From Candidatus Saccharimonadota bacterium (lineage in GTDB: Bacteria > Patescibacteriota > Saccharimonadia > Saccharimonadales > JAXHMH01), in the NCBI GenBank assembly GCA_034521515.1, contig JAXHMH010000002.1, positions 512,444-576,443 of the forward strand: a DNA stretch of 64,000 nucleotides, read 5' to 3'. The position numbers were made by a program, and so were the translations under genes. Position 1 is the first letter of the stretch. Each line of letters starts with the position of its first letter. Below the pieces are notes generated by a model. It was not told the DNA's origin, did not search any database, and was given only the letters and a program-made list of their open reading frames with translations. Shown in pieces: positions 63,760 through 64,000 of this stretch.

Positions 63760-64000
63760 TTACCGTCACCAGACGGGAAGGCTCTAGAAAGCCATTAAAA
63801 ACGCACTTTCATTCATCTACCGAAAATTCACAAGGGTGCATAATGCACGGAAGAAGTGAGCAACGGACTGAGCCGTATAAACAATACGGTGAAGGAGTAG
63901 CGGAACTTCTGACACAGCAGTATGCGGCCAGCTGTTAATGAATTATGGATTCATTCCATTATGCTTAACAGCGGTTGTGTGTTTTCGGGGGCTGAATTTA
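63760..64000 (+). ncRNA. Candidate structured 5' leader, truncated by the window end
   Basis: No ORF. Several hairpins, including the motif actgagccgtataaacaatacggtgaaggag, which is shared with the pcrA insertion. Confidence 0.25.

Noticed and set aside
63760-64000. T-box, glycine or TPP riboswitch as the identity of the leader at the window end
   Set aside because: There are only loose resemblances (ggtgaaggagtagc, ctgagcc). The diagnostic conserved cores are not present in the visible part, and the element is truncated by the window.

Overview
The window looks like part of a small, streamlined, Gram-positive-type genome. I infer a CPR/Patescibacteria (Saccharibacteria-like) organism from four things: the gene content, a short TsaB, many small GIY-YIG/HNH genes next to tRNAs, and type IV pilin genes alongside peptidoglycan genes. 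No database search was possible.

I can support about 55 protein-coding genes:
- RNA and nucleotide housekeeping: rny, a mazG-like gene, ymdB.
- Peptidoglycan synthesis: murA, murB, murD, murI.
- Folate and one-carbon metabolism: glyA, folC, folA, folD.
- Lower glycolysis: pyk, pgk, tpiA.
- Others: pcrA, rsmA, a minor-pilin operon, and an ABC/kinase/response-regulator cluster.
- Seven intact tRNAs, all with encoded CCA: Pro-TGG, Gly-TCC, Arg-TCT, His-GTG, Arg-TCG, Lys-CTT, Glu-TTC.

The most interesting observations are:
1. A 10.5-kb surface-protein locus (3.3-13.8 kb). Its architecture parallels the WxL/DUF916 (Csc) cell-surface complexes of Firmicutes, and it includes a roughly 2000-aa multi-domain protein.
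2. Four of the seven tRNA genes are flanked by partial copies of themselves. These copies are broken at the same T-loop position (right after TTCG) and carry small hairpin inserts. One homologous 60-nt insert sits precisely in two different tRNA remnants.
3. Small palindromic insertions occur elsewhere too: in frame in folD, in pcrA (sharing a covarying hairpin with an intergenic leader), 5' of tRNA-Lys, and in the pyk-pgk spacer. A RAYT-type Y1 transposase flanked by REP-like hairpins is also present.
4. A roughly 2.8-kb GC-rich island (about 46.0-48.8 kb) holds two membrane/secreted proteins. It is preceded by a roughly 0.8-kb ORF-free, heavily hairpinned region behind a near-consensus promoter.
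5. Promoter and operator patterns: many genes have a -10 box only 6-8 nt from the start codon, implying leaderless mRNAs, and AAGTATC repeats lie upstream of murB, murD and marR.

All functional calls come from reading the translated ORFs and the nucleotide sequence by eye. None were verified by a search.
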